Below are positions 1 through 19,715 of a stretch of DNA of 64,000 nt, in pieces. Below the pieces are notes generated by a model. That model made no database searches and was not told where the DNA came from. It saw nothing but the letters and a program-made list of their open reading frames with translations. Made by a program: the position numbers and the translations under genes. Source of the stretch: Salpingoeca rosetta (lineage: Eukaryota; Protista; Choanoflagellata); assembly GCA_033442325.1 (NCBI GenBank), contig JAWQFM010000011.1, forward strand, positions 717,957-781,956, in the 5' to 3' direction. Each line of letters starts with the position of its first letter. Position 1 is the first letter of the stretch.

Positions 1-20
1 CACCACCACGTGTTGGTCAG

Positions 21-1335
21 CTTGGGCGGGAGGTGCTGGATGCGTGCGGCGCCGCCATCCGGCCCGGCATCACCACCGACGAAATCGACCGCGTCTGCCA
101 CGAGGTCCCCTTGATATGTGTGTATGTGTGTGTATGTGTGTGTGTGTGTTTGTGTGTTTGTGTGTATGTGTGTATGTTTGTGTGTATATGTGTGTGTATG
201 TGTGTGTGTGCGTTTTTGTGTGTTTGTGTGAATCACGTTGTTTATGTGCTTTTGATCTGTGCGTTGCTTGCAAGCCTTCACCGTTTTAAGCTCATGCACT
301 GTATCTCGTCTCGGTTTTGCACCGTGCTTGCAGGCATCGATTGAGCGGGACTGCTACCCGTCCCCACTCAACTACTTTCAGTTTCCAAAGTCTTGCTGCA
401 CGTGAGTGTTCTCCCTTTTCACATGGATGAATGGATGGATGGATGGATGGTGGCGTGTTCGTGGCTGCTGCTGCTGTCCACGCTCACGTTGCGGTGTGAC
501 GTACACTCACTTTGCTCTGTCACTCCATCATTCTCTCGTGTGCGTTTGAGTCTTCAGGTCGGTGAACGAGGTGATCTGTCACGGCATCCCTGATGGCTAC
601 GTCCTGCAGGATGGTGACATTGTCAACGGTGCGCACAACCGCGTGGTGTTGTGCTGTGTTGTAGTGTTTGTGCTGTGTTTGTGTGGGGTGTGATTCACAC
701 ATTTGAAGCACGACGTGCCCACATTTCCTGCCTCCTGGTCCTCATCTCAATCCCCTTCACACATACACACACACACCGCGTGCTGCTGCGTGTTGTGCAG
801 TTGACATCTCTGTGTTCCACAAGGGCTACCACGCTGATTTGAACGAGACGTTCCTGGTTGGCGAGGTCGATGAGAAGACCCTCCACCTCGTCAAGACCAC
901 CTACGAGTGCTTGGACATGGCCATCAAGTCTTGTGCGTTTCTTTTGTGTGTGTGCGTGTGTGTCTGTGTTTGTTCCGTTTGTTTGTTTGTTTGTCTGTTT
1001 GTTTGTTTGTTTGTTTGTTTGTTTGTTTGTTTGTTTGTTTGTTTGTTTGTTTGTTTGTTTGTTTGTTTGTTTGTTTGTTTGTTTGTTTGTTTGTGCATGC
1101 TTTCAATGTGCACTCACAATCATGTTGTCTTTGCCCTCCCCCCCCCAATGGCCATTCATCAACCAGGCAAGCCGGGCATGCGTTACCGCGATCTCGGCAA
1201 CATCATCAGCAAGGTGTGTGGGGCCGATACATTCGCTTGTTGGCGTGCTTGGTTTGTTGGTGTGATTGGTTTGTTTGTGAGGTTGCTCGCGCGTTGGTTA
1301 CGTCCTCCCTTGTCACCCTCATGGTATGTTGACCG

Positions 1336-1415
<80 letters not shown>

Positions 1416-2158
1416 NNNNNNNNNNNNNNNNNNNNNNNNNNNNNNNNNNNNNNNNNNNNNNNNNNNNNNNNNNNNNNNNNNNNNNNNNNNNNNNNNNNNN
1501 NNNNNNNNNNNNNNNCGTGCATGCATTGTGTGTGTGCGCGCGTGTGTGTGTGTGTGTTCATTGGCATCAACCCACCCTGCATGTTATCCTTCCTTCTTTC
1601 TCTTGTGATTGTCCATCTTTGCCCCCCCCCCCTTTTCTTCTTCCTCTGCTAATACTTTGCCTGTGCATGTGTTTATTGTGTTTCATCACTGCAGAGAACA
1701 AGGCAGTTGGCATTATGAAGCCCGGGCACGTGTTTACCATTGAGCCCATGATCAACTTGGGTAAGAGAAAGAGTGCGTGTGCATGGGTGTGAATATGCGT
1801 GAAAGCACGCAGCTGATGGGCGAGCAGGCATTGCCAGTCACGGTCGGCTTGAGCCTTCCCCACGAATACACATGCCCGACTCACCATACATATATCCTCC
1901 TCCTCCTCCCCTCCAACTGCACACACGCACTTCGTGCGCACCATCGCAGGGACGTGGCAGGATCAGACGTGGCCGGACAAGTGGACGTCGACGACGATTG
2001 ACGGCAAGCGGTCGGCGCAGTTTGAGCACACGCTGCTCATTACAGAGACTGGGGTGGAGGTGCTCACCGCACGCACCAAGGACTCGCCCGTTGGGCCGCA
2101 GTGGTTCCAGACTGTGCTGGAGAAGAAGGCCGCCGAGAAGAAAAGTGGGAGTGATTGA
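21..2158 (+). CDS. METAP1: Methionine aminopeptidase 1 (3' part, spliced; 5' end outside window, one part in gap)
   Basis: Spliced exons give [101 protein letters not shown]; stop at 2158. Confidence 0.95.
1416..1515. other. Assembly gap (N run)
   Basis: N run following a (GT)n tract. Confidence 1.
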
Positions 2159-2404
2159 AAGGGGCTGTGATGTGATGTGATGTGATGTGATGCGGCCACG
2201 CTCATTGTATTGTGTCTTGTGGTCGTGCTCGTTTGTTGTCGTTTGTGGTGGTGGTCGCGGTCGTTCGTGGTGTTGTTCGCCCACACAAAAAAAAAAAAAC
2301 CGAAGAATTAAAAAAATTGATGTCACATTTTTTATTTGTCGAAACCCACAAGTGTGCAAACTGGATGAATTTTCTGATATGCCGGAAGGACATTAAATGC
2401 AGGC

Positions 2405-2568
2405 ATACTTACCTGCACGTCTCGCATGCTGGATCACGCAGCAGCTGCGGGGTTGGCGAGAGTTGGGCATTGCACGCGGCCCAGCTTGACCTGACTGAAC
2501 ATCACGAATGTGGTGTCTCAACGTGGCAATTTTTGCCCAGGCAGGTGTGGCGTTCGCGCCCTCCTGCT
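2405..2568 (+). ncRNA. U1: U1 snRNA
   Basis: 5' ATACTTACCTG, SL1 loop GATCACG (U1-70K site), SL2 loop ATTGCAC (U1A site), Sm site AATTTTTG at ~2528, terminal GC stem capped by TTCG; ~164 nt. Confidence 0.95.
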
Positions 2569-2995
2569 GTCAAACTCAATCTTGAGTATCAACAACCACA
2601 CTAAAAGAAATGTAAACCAATGTTTGATCCTGCGAGAGAATGGTGAGCTGCGGTATGTCTTCTGTACGCATAATCATCCGTGTGTGTTTGTACGCAGAAG
2701 CATTCATGTCGGTTCAATCGCGTGTTACCCACGTTGTGACACTCGCACATTGCCCTTTCTATCATCGTTCATCACACTCCACACAACAACACCCTTTTCT
2801 TTCCAACATCAGATCCCATCATCAGAGGTTATGGTTAAGCTTTGGCTGTACTGGGGAGGCGTACGCGAAAGCATTTGACAAAGGGGGGAGCAGCAGACAA
2901 CCATGCGAGGAGACAGACAGGGCACCAGAGGTGTAAAGAAAAGAAGAGAGTAGAAACAAACAAGACGAGCGAGCACAAGCTGGCGTTTGTTGCGT

Positions 2996-4365
2996 TTACT
3001 TCTTCTTCTTCATGGCAGCCTCTGCCGCAGCCTCGGCAGCAACCTTGAGACGGATACCAGCGAGCTTGGCGTCGGCGCGCATGTGGCGCATCTCCGCGAA
3101 CACATTGCGTTTCCTCTCCTTCTGCAAAAAGGGGGGATGCGCAAACAACAACAACAACACCACACACACCGAGCACGCGCACAACCGTGAGACAAACAAA
3201 AACAGTGGTGGTGGTGGTGGTGGACCCAGGAACAGGAGTGCATTCCCAACACACAAATGCACACGCACAAGCACACACGACGCCACCCATGTACACAGAC
3301 AGACCACACCCACGACACACGCAACGCCTCACCATCTCACATCCATAACCACGACAAGAACACAACCAGCAAGACAGAGCAAGAGCAATGTGGGGAAAAT
3401 AGTTGACTGACCTCTGTGATGGCGCGGACCTGGATCTTGTGCTTGGGCTGCACAATAGGCATGACAACACCCTTGAGCTGCTCCACGGCATGCTGGTCCT
3501 TGCCGCCCTTGCGGATGACAACGAGCTTGCTCTTGTACTCCTTGAGGCGGGCAACGTTGGCCTGGAAAGCCTCAACAGAGCGGTTCTTGCGGCGCTTGTC
3601 CACCGAGATGCCCACAGTCTGCGCATAGCGGGTGCTCAGACCAGCCTCCTGTTGACGCCCCAACAACAACAAAGAAAGACACGGAACGCGTTGACCATCC
3701 TCATTGTGAGGGAATGCACGACACAAGCAGCACACCCAGAACCGAACACAACACGAAACGCACACACCCCACACAAACAGCTACCACAACACATGTCAAC
3801 AAGACAGAGTGGATAATAACACAAGTACCACGCAGCCCAATAACAACCCACATGTACCACAACACACACCGCCTACCACATCAATGACCGGCACACACCT
3901 TAAGCTCGAGGGGGGTGAAGCCACGGCCGGCACGGAGACGCATGTTGTACTTGAACGTCTGGCAGCGGGCGATGGGGCGCAGAGCACCACCGGTGGGGCG
4001 GGGTGCAACCTGCTTGGCCTTCTACACTCACAAAACGAATAGCAACGCACACACGAGCCACCGTACCGTGAGCGCTTGTCACGCAGGCACGGCACATAAA
4101 CTGCAAGGCAAATACGTGCACACACACACAGGACTCGAACACACGACAACACAGACAACACTCGACCCATCCACTCACACACACACACACGCGCATAAAA
4201 GTTGTGGTGAAGGGAACGTACGGACTGGCGCTTGAGAGAGCGACGGCGCTTCTTGCCAGCCTGGTTGAAGTGGCACTTGACAACACCACGGTAGGTCCAG
4301 ACGGAGTTGTGCCAGTGCTTGTGCAGATGCACGTTTGGCAGCATGTTGTTGTGTGCCTTCGTCAT
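2996..4365 (-). CDS. RPL13: 60S ribosomal protein L13 (eL13), 4 exons
   Basis: [91 protein letters not shown]. Confidence 0.95.
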
Positions 4366-4843
4366 GGTGCCGGTTTAGAGTCCTCTGGCAAAACTGTGAA
4401 AGAGAACAAACGAAGGGAGAAAGGACGAGAGCGAGGCAAAAAGGGAACGAGAGCCACCGCATGCACGTGAGTCGGTGAGTCGGATGTCTGCGCGAGTGTG
4501 CATGACACAATCGAATTGGTGAATGAAATGTGGAAGAGCGCATGTGCGCGGTGCGTTGCTGCACGTGTTGGGATGGTTGTTGTGGCTTGAAGCTGCTGAA
4601 ATGTGCGCCTCCCCTCTGCAATGCTGCTGTTGCTGTTGCTGTTGCTGAACCATCGACAGCCGCACACCTGCTGTGTATGTGCGGCACACGCCCGGCTGTT
4701 GCTGACACAGGATATGCTGGCACGTGGCAGGCCCACCAACAATCAATCCTCGTGTGTGGTTATCACGGTCGTCGGTGTCCATCACGGCAAACAAGGCGCA
4801 CACCGTGTCCGTCACAGCACATCCAGCATCAACCAAGCGATGG

Positions 4844-4902
<59 letters not shown>

Positions 4903-5736
4903 AGCAGCCACCATCATCATCGTCTGTCATGCCATCGTTCATCTCGCGTGCGTTGTGGTGGCTGTTGTGGATGTGCCGCGCCGCTCATGTACGATGCATA
5001 TATGTGTGTGCGTCTGTGCTCTTGTGTTGCACACATCACCATCACACACAGAGACACACGCACAGACAGACAGAGACACACACAGAGACACACACAGAGA
5101 CACACACAGAGACACACACAGACACCCTCGTGCACCGACCACCCTCCCATATCCACCCCATCTCCGCTCGCGGTGTTCACTCACATGGGTGGCCGCTGTG
5201 GAGAAAAAGGCAGCTGCACGCGAGCGCAGGCGAATTTTGCGTGAAGAAAGCCACACACAATTCTTCCAATGGAAAAATAGCTGAAGATACCGCAGGGCGG
5301 TGTGCGCAATATATGTTTCGCACACAATCGTCAACAAAAAGTGCGCATTGGGGAATCCATGACAACCCAGGATATCGGACACAGATCAAGGCAGGCGAGC
5401 ACAAAGCAAACCAAACAACAGCGAGCACGACAGCGGTGACTTGACTGAGAGCAAGCAGCGAGTCGCTGAGTGACTGAGAGCGACAGTGTGTGCGAGTGAG
5501 TGTGTGCGAGTGAGTGTGTGTGTGTGTGTGTGCGCGTGTGTGTGTGTGTGAGTGTGTGTGTGTGAGTGTGTGTGTGTGTTATGCTCTGGGCCGGCCAATC
5601 CCAGCACGCAGAAAGCAAAAAGCCAACAGCGGCATCGGCGCAACACATCAGCAGTTGCCGAGAACGGTGTCAGCAGTGGTGACACGCAACACTCGCCCAG
5701 AGACACACCAGAAGCAGTACAAACGGCACCTTCGCC

Positions 5737-8595
<2,859 letters not shown>

Positions 8596-9101
8596 CGATG
8601 ATGATCAAGGAGGGTGGTGGTGATGACCGATGGATGGATGGATGGATGGATGGCGTGTGAGGTGTGTACGTGTTCGGTTTCTCAACCCTGCACGCAGGTA
8701 AATGTTCACATGTGCACGTTATTTTCCGTGTCTGCGTGTGCGTTTGTGATGTGAGCGCCTTTTGTGTTTGCTTTGGCATGTTAGCGCTCTGTCAGTTTGG
8801 CCGACGGCTGGCATCGTCGTGCTTCCATTGTGTGTATCCCCCTCTGACCCACTGCGTCCGTGTTTCCACAGCACCCCGTCTGTCATTTATGTGTGGTTAC
8901 CTCCTGTGTCCTCTGGTTATTCTCGCTGCTAGCGCGCCGTGCGTGTTGTGTCGCAGCAACCTCCCTTCCCTCGCTCTTTCTTTCTTATCCCTCACCATCT
9001 CTCCTGTTGTGCGCAACTTTCATTTATTTGTGTGTTGGTTGTAAGGGGATGTGCGTGCATGTGTGCTCGTGTGTTTCCGGTTGTGTGCGTGTTTGTTATG
9101 A

Positions 9102-9158
<57 letters not shown>

Positions 9159-9392
9159 TCATGCAATATAACTGATGACATGTCAAAACAATGCAGTGTG
9201 TGCAGAGAGAAAAAGGGAAAGCATCGAAAGAAAGATTGAGGCAGGCAACAGACCGGTAAGGGGAACAACAATGGGGTGCATAAGAGATTGGGGAGGGGTG
9301 TGAACCAAGAAACGACGTGCCAACATTTACGCACGAGGCGCAAGCGTGCGCACAGCACTTTGAATGCACATGACGTGCTTGCGCGAATGCAC

Positions 9393-11060
9393 TTAGCTGA
9401 AGTCGCGGTTTGGCAGACAGAGGGGCGCAATCAGCGTCCAGATGTACAGGAGCTGGCAACACGTGCAGTGCAATGCAGTGGTGGTGGCGGCGATGGCATG
9501 AGGAGATGGTGACAATGGCATGAGGAGAACGAACAAGACACATGCAGCGCGGAACGTGATTGGAGAACACAAAGACAACAGCGCATAGATTGGTCCAAGC
9601 AAACCGAGGCACGCACGCCATTGAGGTAGAACGAGACAACAAGACAGTGCCAAGAGACAGAGAGGCAGAGGCACGACAGAGAGACAGAGACACAGGTCAT
9701 GCCATGCACTCACCGCAACGACCCAGGATGAGGCAATCTGGATCCAGACTGATGCAAGGCCGTTGCCAACCTTCTCGTTGGCGGTGTGCCCGTCCCTACG
9801 ATGCACGTGCAAATGGCAAAGGGGAGGGGGCGTAAGGGAGGGGGGGGGGAGGAGGCAGCGAAAAAGCAGGGCCGGCATAGATGGAAGGGGATACAGTATA
9901 AAGCAGAAAAAGAGTGGAACCTCAATTGCACCGGACAATTAAGCAATTGAAGGCGCAGCTGAAACACAAGACGAAACAGCAGCCGCAGAGACGCACACCC
10001 TTATCCCAACGCACGCCACAACGCACACACACACACACACACCTGATGTTTGCCCAGTCTGTGATGACCATCATGAGATAGAAGGCGGCCATCATGAAGG
10101 TGAGGTGGAAGAACGACCAGCTGTACTTGACACCGTCAGCCTCGTCATCGCCGCCAGCACAGCCGCCACCGCTGCTGTCGTCATCATCGCCGCCACCGCT
10201 CTCCACGTCGGAGAGGATCAGGCTCTCGCGCTCGCTCGCGTCCTGCTGCATGCCCAGCTTGCCCAGCTGCGACGCAGAGGACGTGCGCATGCTGCTGTAC
10301 GCGACAGCAAGAAAGGTGAGGATGGCGCCAACGACCGTTGCCGTCGTATCGGGCTTCACACCCATACCGCACGGCTCTGGTTGGTGGTGGTGGCGATGGA
10401 CGTTGTGGTGGTTGTAGTGGTGGTTGTAGTGGTGAGGAGATTGGAGGTATGGAGGACGAGTGCCAGGCCAAACACACACAAACACACACACCAGCAACGC
10501 ACCATCGACGTTTGAGACGGCAGACCAGACGAGGTACGTGGTGTAGAAGGACATGATGCCGGCCTGCAGCAGGCCAGACGTCGGTTGTGCTGTCGTTGTG
10601 TGTGCGTGCGTGCGTGCGTACGTGCGTGTGTGTGTGTGTGTGTGTGATAGAGAGAGAGAGATGAAGAGGTGAGATGGTCAGAAAGTGGAGGATAACATGG
10701 TGGTGGTGGTGGTCGTCGTCGTCATCGTCGTCGTTGTGGTGGTGGTCGTTGGACGAAACAGAGGGCTGCTACACGGCAAACGTCAGGGACCACGAAGCAA
10801 GCATGCCCCACCTTCTTGGACGCGGGGGTGTAGGGCGAAGAACGTCATGATGAGGGAAAGGCCAATGTTGACACCAAGCGCTGTCTTGCTGAGCGTGCAC
10901 GGGTTGTTGTCAGCCTGTGCACGCACAACAAGCGAGCATTTCAACAACGGTGTGGAAGTGGAAGTTAGACATGTGAGAGGAACGGCACACATGGAAGATG
11001 ATGTCTGGTGCACTCAGTCAGATAAATCGCACGTGCACACAAGAGACGACGACGACGACC

Positions 11061-11109
<49 letters not shown>

Positions 11110-11111
11110 GC

Positions 11112-11154
<43 letters not shown>

Positions 11155-11324
11155 GCAACACCGTGGTGACCGGACCTGGGTGTAGAAGACGAAGCAGCAG
11201 ACGGTGATGGCGATGGCGATGGCGTATGCGCCAAACGAGCACGTGATGAGGCCTAGATAACAAGACCCGGGGAGAATGGGTGACGTGGTGATCACGACAA
11301 TGGCGTGAGGAGGGAGCACGCGTT

Positions 11325-11393
<69 letters not shown>

Positions 11394-11701
11394 GCGTTCA
11401 GTCCAAGGTGACTAAAGGTTACTGGCAGCCTATATCCTCCTTCGGCAGCCTCGCGTAGTAGGACGTTTTGTAATGTTGGAGGGGATATTATATACGTCTT
11501 CACCTTATTACTCGGCTTTGAGTAATGATTCTACATATCTGGCTGGCATATTCTCATTGTGTGACACAATCGTGCCGCCTGTCCTGCTATACCCGATGGC
11601 TGACTAAGGCGAAGTTCCGTCGGCCACCGTAGGAAACGACATAACCACATATACTTCCATAACCGCATCAATCGATCAAAGGTATGGCAAGGCTCTTTGC
11701 G

Positions 11702-11767
<66 letters not shown>

Positions 11768-12031
11768 CACCGCCGCCACACACATCAGTGTCAACGCACC
11801 CCACTTGTAGCACGAGCTTCCGTCCTCCATGCGGCCGAGCCAGGCCTCGTTCCAGGAGTAGGCAAAGTCCACAAGCAGCACCATCTGCACAATGATGAAC
11901 AGGAACCCGCACACAAGCGCAACCCAGCCAAGGTCTGACAGTCGGGAGAAGGGATGACGGTGGATGTGTGCACACGGATACATTTGTGCATTGGAAGTAG
12001 CGTGAGCGCCATGCGTTGCAAACACAACGAA

Positions 12032-12086
<55 letters not shown>

Positions 12087-12091
12087 GCACG

Positions 12092-12122
<31 letters not shown>

Positions 12123-12426
12123 AGCAAACAAACGCACGCACGAAAACAGAGCAAACACACGCACGCACGAAAACAGAGCAAACAAACAAAGCAACCAAAC
12201 AAAGCAAGAAAGCATAAACAAAGCACGCGGCGCACCCATGAAGACGCCGTTGGGGATAAAGAAGGCGCCAGTGGCGAGTGCAATCAGCAGCAGGAGCTTC
12301 ACAGGCCAGAAGCTGTTGATGCATGGGAATGGGGACAAAGAGAAGATACGCGCGTTTAAGCGACCACGCAAACCGCAATCAAAGCAATGAGGTGGAGGAG
12401 AAGGAGACAAAAGGCCGAACAGCACC

Positions 12427-12521
<95 letters not shown>

Positions 12522-13414
12522 ACACATACATACGAAAAGAGAAAACACGCACCCCTTGTGGATTGCGGCGCGTGGATCGCGGCTCGACTTGACGCCAATG
12601 AGGATGAGGGCCATGAGGGCATGGAAGACGGCGGTGGCCGTGAGGACACGATACACGCCAAGCTCACCCCAGCGGCGATCTGCATTATCATTCATGGAGT
12701 CGACAAAACACGTGGCGTGAGCCTTCAACAGCACCTGTGGCGGCGGTCAGCAACAAGGAGCAACAGGCAACCAGCAACAAACGACAACAAGAACCACAAT
12801 GCAACGGCGCTCACGACTTATGATCATCAGCTCTGTGCTTTCCAAAGTACAACCACAGAATCAAAAACTCACCGCAGTTTTCGTTGCCCTTGCAGATGTG
12901 ACCAACATACTTGTCCATCTATTGGCAGAGGATGGCGAGTAAGGTGAGCACTCTGTTGAGCCACAACATTAAGTGCACGCACCGCCGCACACCTGTCACA
13001 CGCACACACACACACGCACACACACGCACACACACACGCACACACACACACACACCTTCTGGAGGTCGGAGGAGACTTTTGGGTTGAGGAAGATCCAACC
13101 ACAAACAGCGGAGAGCAACAAGAGGAGAGCGTAGCCGACACGCGTCATGGTTGCAGACCCGCATCGTCCACACGACGACGAGCACAGGCAGCACGCCGCC
13201 TATGCCAGCCCAACACGTCATACACAAAACAAAGACAAGAAGAACAATGTCAGCCAACCCAACATGTTGTTGTTTGTGTCGTTGACATGATGTCGCGTGA
13301 TGCACGATGCGTGAGCGTGAGCTGGGTGAAATGTACAGACACGCCCACCACCCCACCATAGAACCCCTCTACACCACAACGCACCGATGAGAGGCAGCTC
13401 GTGATGGAGCACAT
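9393..13414 (-). CDS. SERINC: Serine incorporator (SERINC/TMS1/TDE) membrane protein, spliced
   Basis: Cys-rich N-terminus then TRVGYALLL; GVKSSRDPRAAIHKGFWPVK; FIIVQMVLLVDFAYSWNE; YSWSFFHLTFMMAAFYLMMVITDW; LLYIWTLIAPLCLPNRDFS*. Confidence 0.95.
11392..11703. other. ~310 bp high-complexity island inside an intronic (CA)n tract
   Basis: Abrupt boundaries within pure CA repeat; TA-rich, unlike the surrounding DNA. Confidence 0.7.
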
Positions 13415-14341
13415 CGCTGTCTGGGGTGCGCCGTTTGCTTCAAGCTTGCTTCTTCTGGGGTGTCAGGGAAGGTCGTTCGTATGCGCTGCTTGTCGTTGCT
13501 TTGCGTGGTGGTGGAGAGTGCAAATCAAAATCAGATCAGCAGGCAACCAGCCAGCAGAAATGCACCGACGGTGACTCATCAGCTGTGAGCATTCAATAAA
13601 GATATAACTAATAATCGCCATCACAACAAAGAGACAAAAGAAAAACAAAAAAAAAAACAGCAACACCACAAAAAGCAAAGAGGAGCGGAAGCAAAACAGG
13701 CAACCAGCCAGGCAGCGGAACGAACGTTGGTGGGTGTTGTGGAACCTTGTCTCGGCTTGCCTTCGTGTTGCCTTGCCCCATCGTCGTGTCTTGTCTTGTG
13801 GTGACTTGCTTGCTCGTGGTGTGGTGTGGTGTGGTTGTTGGGTTTGATTGGGTTGGCTGTTTTTTGCCCTTCACCACTTCAACTCTTTCCATGTCAATTT
13901 GCCCTGTCTGCTTTGTTCCTTTCCAACAACATCTGGTCCTGGTGGTGTTCAGCGACCTGTTGTGCATGCCTGCCTTGAATACTTTGACCACCACGTTTTG
14001 AGAACAACTACGACTCACACCCCCCGTGCACCACTGCTGTTCGTACACGCTCCTGCAGACCGGTGTCACTTGTTTCCACTGCTTGCTTGCTCGCTCGCGA
14101 CGTCACTTCACGTCAGCACAGCCCGTGCTTCACAACGCTCCAATAGCGCTGCTACAGATTCGCAGGTTCGCAGGTTCGCTTCCCCGCCGTCGCCACGCCA
14201 TCATACGTGACCACGTTGCGCATCGCGTTGGAGCTGCGTCACCTCTCTCCTCCCCCCTCTCTCCGTCTCTGTTTCTTTCCCGGCCACGGCAACATAGTTT
14301 GACGTGCACGCGATTGAGCACCAAGCACAGTAACGGCGAGC

Positions 14342-16895
<2,554 letters not shown>

Positions 16896-17389
16896 CCGCC
16901 ACCGTCGCCACCACTTGCTGTGTTGTTGTTGTAGCTGTTGTCGCGCCTTGTATCGCTGCTCCTCCTTGTGGAACCGTTGTTGTGTGCATAGCTGGTGTTT
17001 GCGCGTGTACGTGCATGTGTACATGTGTGTTGTCAAGTGTGTGTGTGTCTGTGTGTGTCTGTGTGTGTCTGTGTGTGTTGTCGTCTGTGTGTGTTGTCGT
17101 GTGTGTGTGTGTTTTGTCAAGTGTTGTCTGTTGCCCCCTCCCCCTCCCCCCGCCTGCCTCTTCCCCCCACAGTGTCTCCCTTTGTCGCTCGTGCACACAT
17201 TGTGATACAAGACTGCGATAAGTTCACGTGACGTCATTGACCTACTTGCCGACGCTGTCTAGTCCTCCGCAAGAAGTGACATGACAGTGACAGGTGTGAC
17301 ATGGTGATGTGGCATTTCATTCATCGTCACCAAGCAAGCAAGCCAACAAGCAAGCAAGAAGCGAACAAGCAACAAGCAATCAACCATCA

Positions 17390-17499
<110 letters not shown>

Positions 17500-17665
17500 A
17501 CAGACAAACATGTCTTCTGAGGCGAGCGCGCGCAGTCTTGCCGCGCTGGTGGTCGGTTCTTGTTAGTGCGGCACGCGTGCCATCGACGTCAGTGTATGTC
17601 CGCAGGGCCGTATGTGTTCTGAGAAAAAAAGAGGCTCTGTTGGTTTGTCTTGGGGTGAGGAGAAT

Positions 17666-18108
17666 NNNNNNNNNNNNNNNNNNNNNNNNNNNNNNNNNNN
17701 NNNNNNNNNNNNNNNNNNNNNNNNNNNNNNNNNNNNNNNNNNNNNNNNNNNNNNNNNNNNNNNNNNNNNNNNNNNNNNNNNNNNNNNNNNNNNNNNNNNN
17801 NNNNNNNNNNNNNNNNNNNNNNNNNNNNNNNNNNNNNNNNNNNNNNNNNNNNNNNNNNNNNNNNNNNNNNNNNNNNNNNNNNNNNNNNNNNNNNNNNNNN
17901 NNNNNNNNNNNNNNNNNNNNNNNNNNNNNNNNNNNNNNNNNNNNNNNNNNNNNNNNNNNNNNNNNNNNNNNNNNNNNNNNNNNNNNNNNNNNNNNNNNNN
18001 NNNNNNNNNNNNNNNNNNNNNNNNNNNNNNNNNNNNNNNNNNNNNNNNNNNNNNNNNNNNNNNNNNNNNNNNNNNNNNNNNNNNNNNNNNNNNNNNNNNN
18101 NNNNNNNN
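17666..18108. other. Assembly gap (N run)
   Basis: N run. Confidence 1.
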
Positions 18109-18149
<41 letters not shown>

Positions 18150-18271
18150 TCACACACACACACACACACTCACAGACACTCACAGACACAGACACACTCA
18201 CCTCCCTGTCCCCCCTCCCTCCCTCCCTCTCTCTGCCTCCTCCCTCCCTCTCTCTGCCTCTACTCTCGTAG

Positions 18272-19074
18272 TCTGCCAGCAAGGACGACAAGTCGCCCGT
18301 GACCGTGGCAGACTTTGCTGCTCAGGTATCGCAGACTGTATGTGTTTGCTGCCCTGCGCCAGACGCACTCCGATCCTTCCATCCAAACAACTTGGCGACG
18401 TGCTGTTCATCTGTGCCCGCTTGACGTGAAAGCTTACCTACCAACGGCGTCATCGCGCGTTGCTCTCCTTCTAGGCCATCGTGAACAGCGAGCTGACGGC
18501 TGCCTTCCCTGATCTGCCCATCGTGGGAGAGGAGGTAAGGTTGGCCGCGTTTGTTGGGCAGGGTACCGGGACTGTGGGCAAGGCAGTCGGGTTGTGACCA
18601 TGGCATATTGCATCCAACGCCATACCCAGAACACGGCGGCATTCACTCAACCGCCGTGTGTACATGAACCGCTTTGACATGATGTGACATGATGTGACAT
18701 GATGTGACGGCAGGACGCAGGCGCACTGCGTGGCGACGACGAGACGTCGGCATCCCTCCGCGCCAAAGTGGTCGATGCAGTGCATCACGTCAACAGCGCC
18801 GCTTCCCAAGATGCCATCCTCGCGGCCATCGATCGAGGTACTGTAGTGCCTGTGTGTCTCTGTGTGTGTGTGTCTGTGTCTGCCTGAACTTGCGTTTGTA
18901 CCCGTGTCTTTGTCTCTCTCTTCCCCTCTCTCCGTGCGTGTGTGCTGACAATGCATCCTGTTCACGCCCATGTTTGTTCGTGTGCATTTGCGTGGCGTCA
19001 GGCAACCACACGGGCGGACCCAGCGGCCGCTTCTGGGTACTCGCAATGAACACAGCAGCTGCAGTACAGAGTGC

Positions 19075-19155
<81 letters not shown>

Positions 19156-19715
19156 CACGCGTAGCACACGAGAACAAGGGGCTCATGCAACTGGCATTGC
19201 TTGTCACTGCCTCACCCCATGCAAACCATTCCTCCTTCCCACCGCCATCACCAATGGCACCACTTCCCCCACAAAACATATACACATCAGGCCAAGTACG
19301 CTGCGCTGTCGCGTGGTGATGCCGACATCTACCTTCGCCTCCCTCGGCCGAGCAAGCGGTACGAGGAGAAGATCTGGGACCACGCTGCCGGCGTCGTTGT
19401 TGTGGAGGAGGCAGGTGGTCGTGTCACGGATGTGTTTGGCAAGGATCTCGACTTCTCCCGTGGACGCACGCTCAAGGACAACACAGGTTAGAGCGACGTT
19501 CTGCATGTATGTGTATGCATGTGTATGTGCGTGTATGTGCGTGTGCATACGTTCGAGTGCCGCATGATGTGTCTCTCGCCTGCCAACCTCATTACCACGT
19601 TGCTCCTCTTTCCCCTCCTGTGCTTGCTGCAGGTGTGGTTGCGTCCAATGGCGCCCTGCACGACGCAACCATCGCCCAACTTGCACAGCACATGCAGCAG
19701 CCGGCAGCCGAGTAG
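18272..19715 (+). CDS. 3'(2'),5'-bisphosphate nucleotidase, HAL2/MET22/SAL1 type (partial; possible start at 17510 before the gap)
   Basis: KDDKSPVTVADFAAQ, FPDLPIVGEED, IDRGNHTGGPSGRFW, AKYAALSRGDADIYLRLP..YEEKIWDHAAG, GKDLDFSRGRTL..GVVASNG. Confidence 0.9.

Noticed and set aside
4375-5444. Overlapping polyD/polyH/polyS ORFs upstream of RPL13
   Set aside because: Explained by (CAT)n/(CAG)n repeats; no recognisable domain
11598-11642. Hammerhead ribozyme-like CTGA..GAAAC
   Set aside because: Core reads CTGACTA, not CTGANGA, and the stems are not convincing
13380-13560. U3/SRP-like RNA
   Set aside because: Explained by the SERINC first exon and 5' UTR on the minus strand; conserved boxes absent
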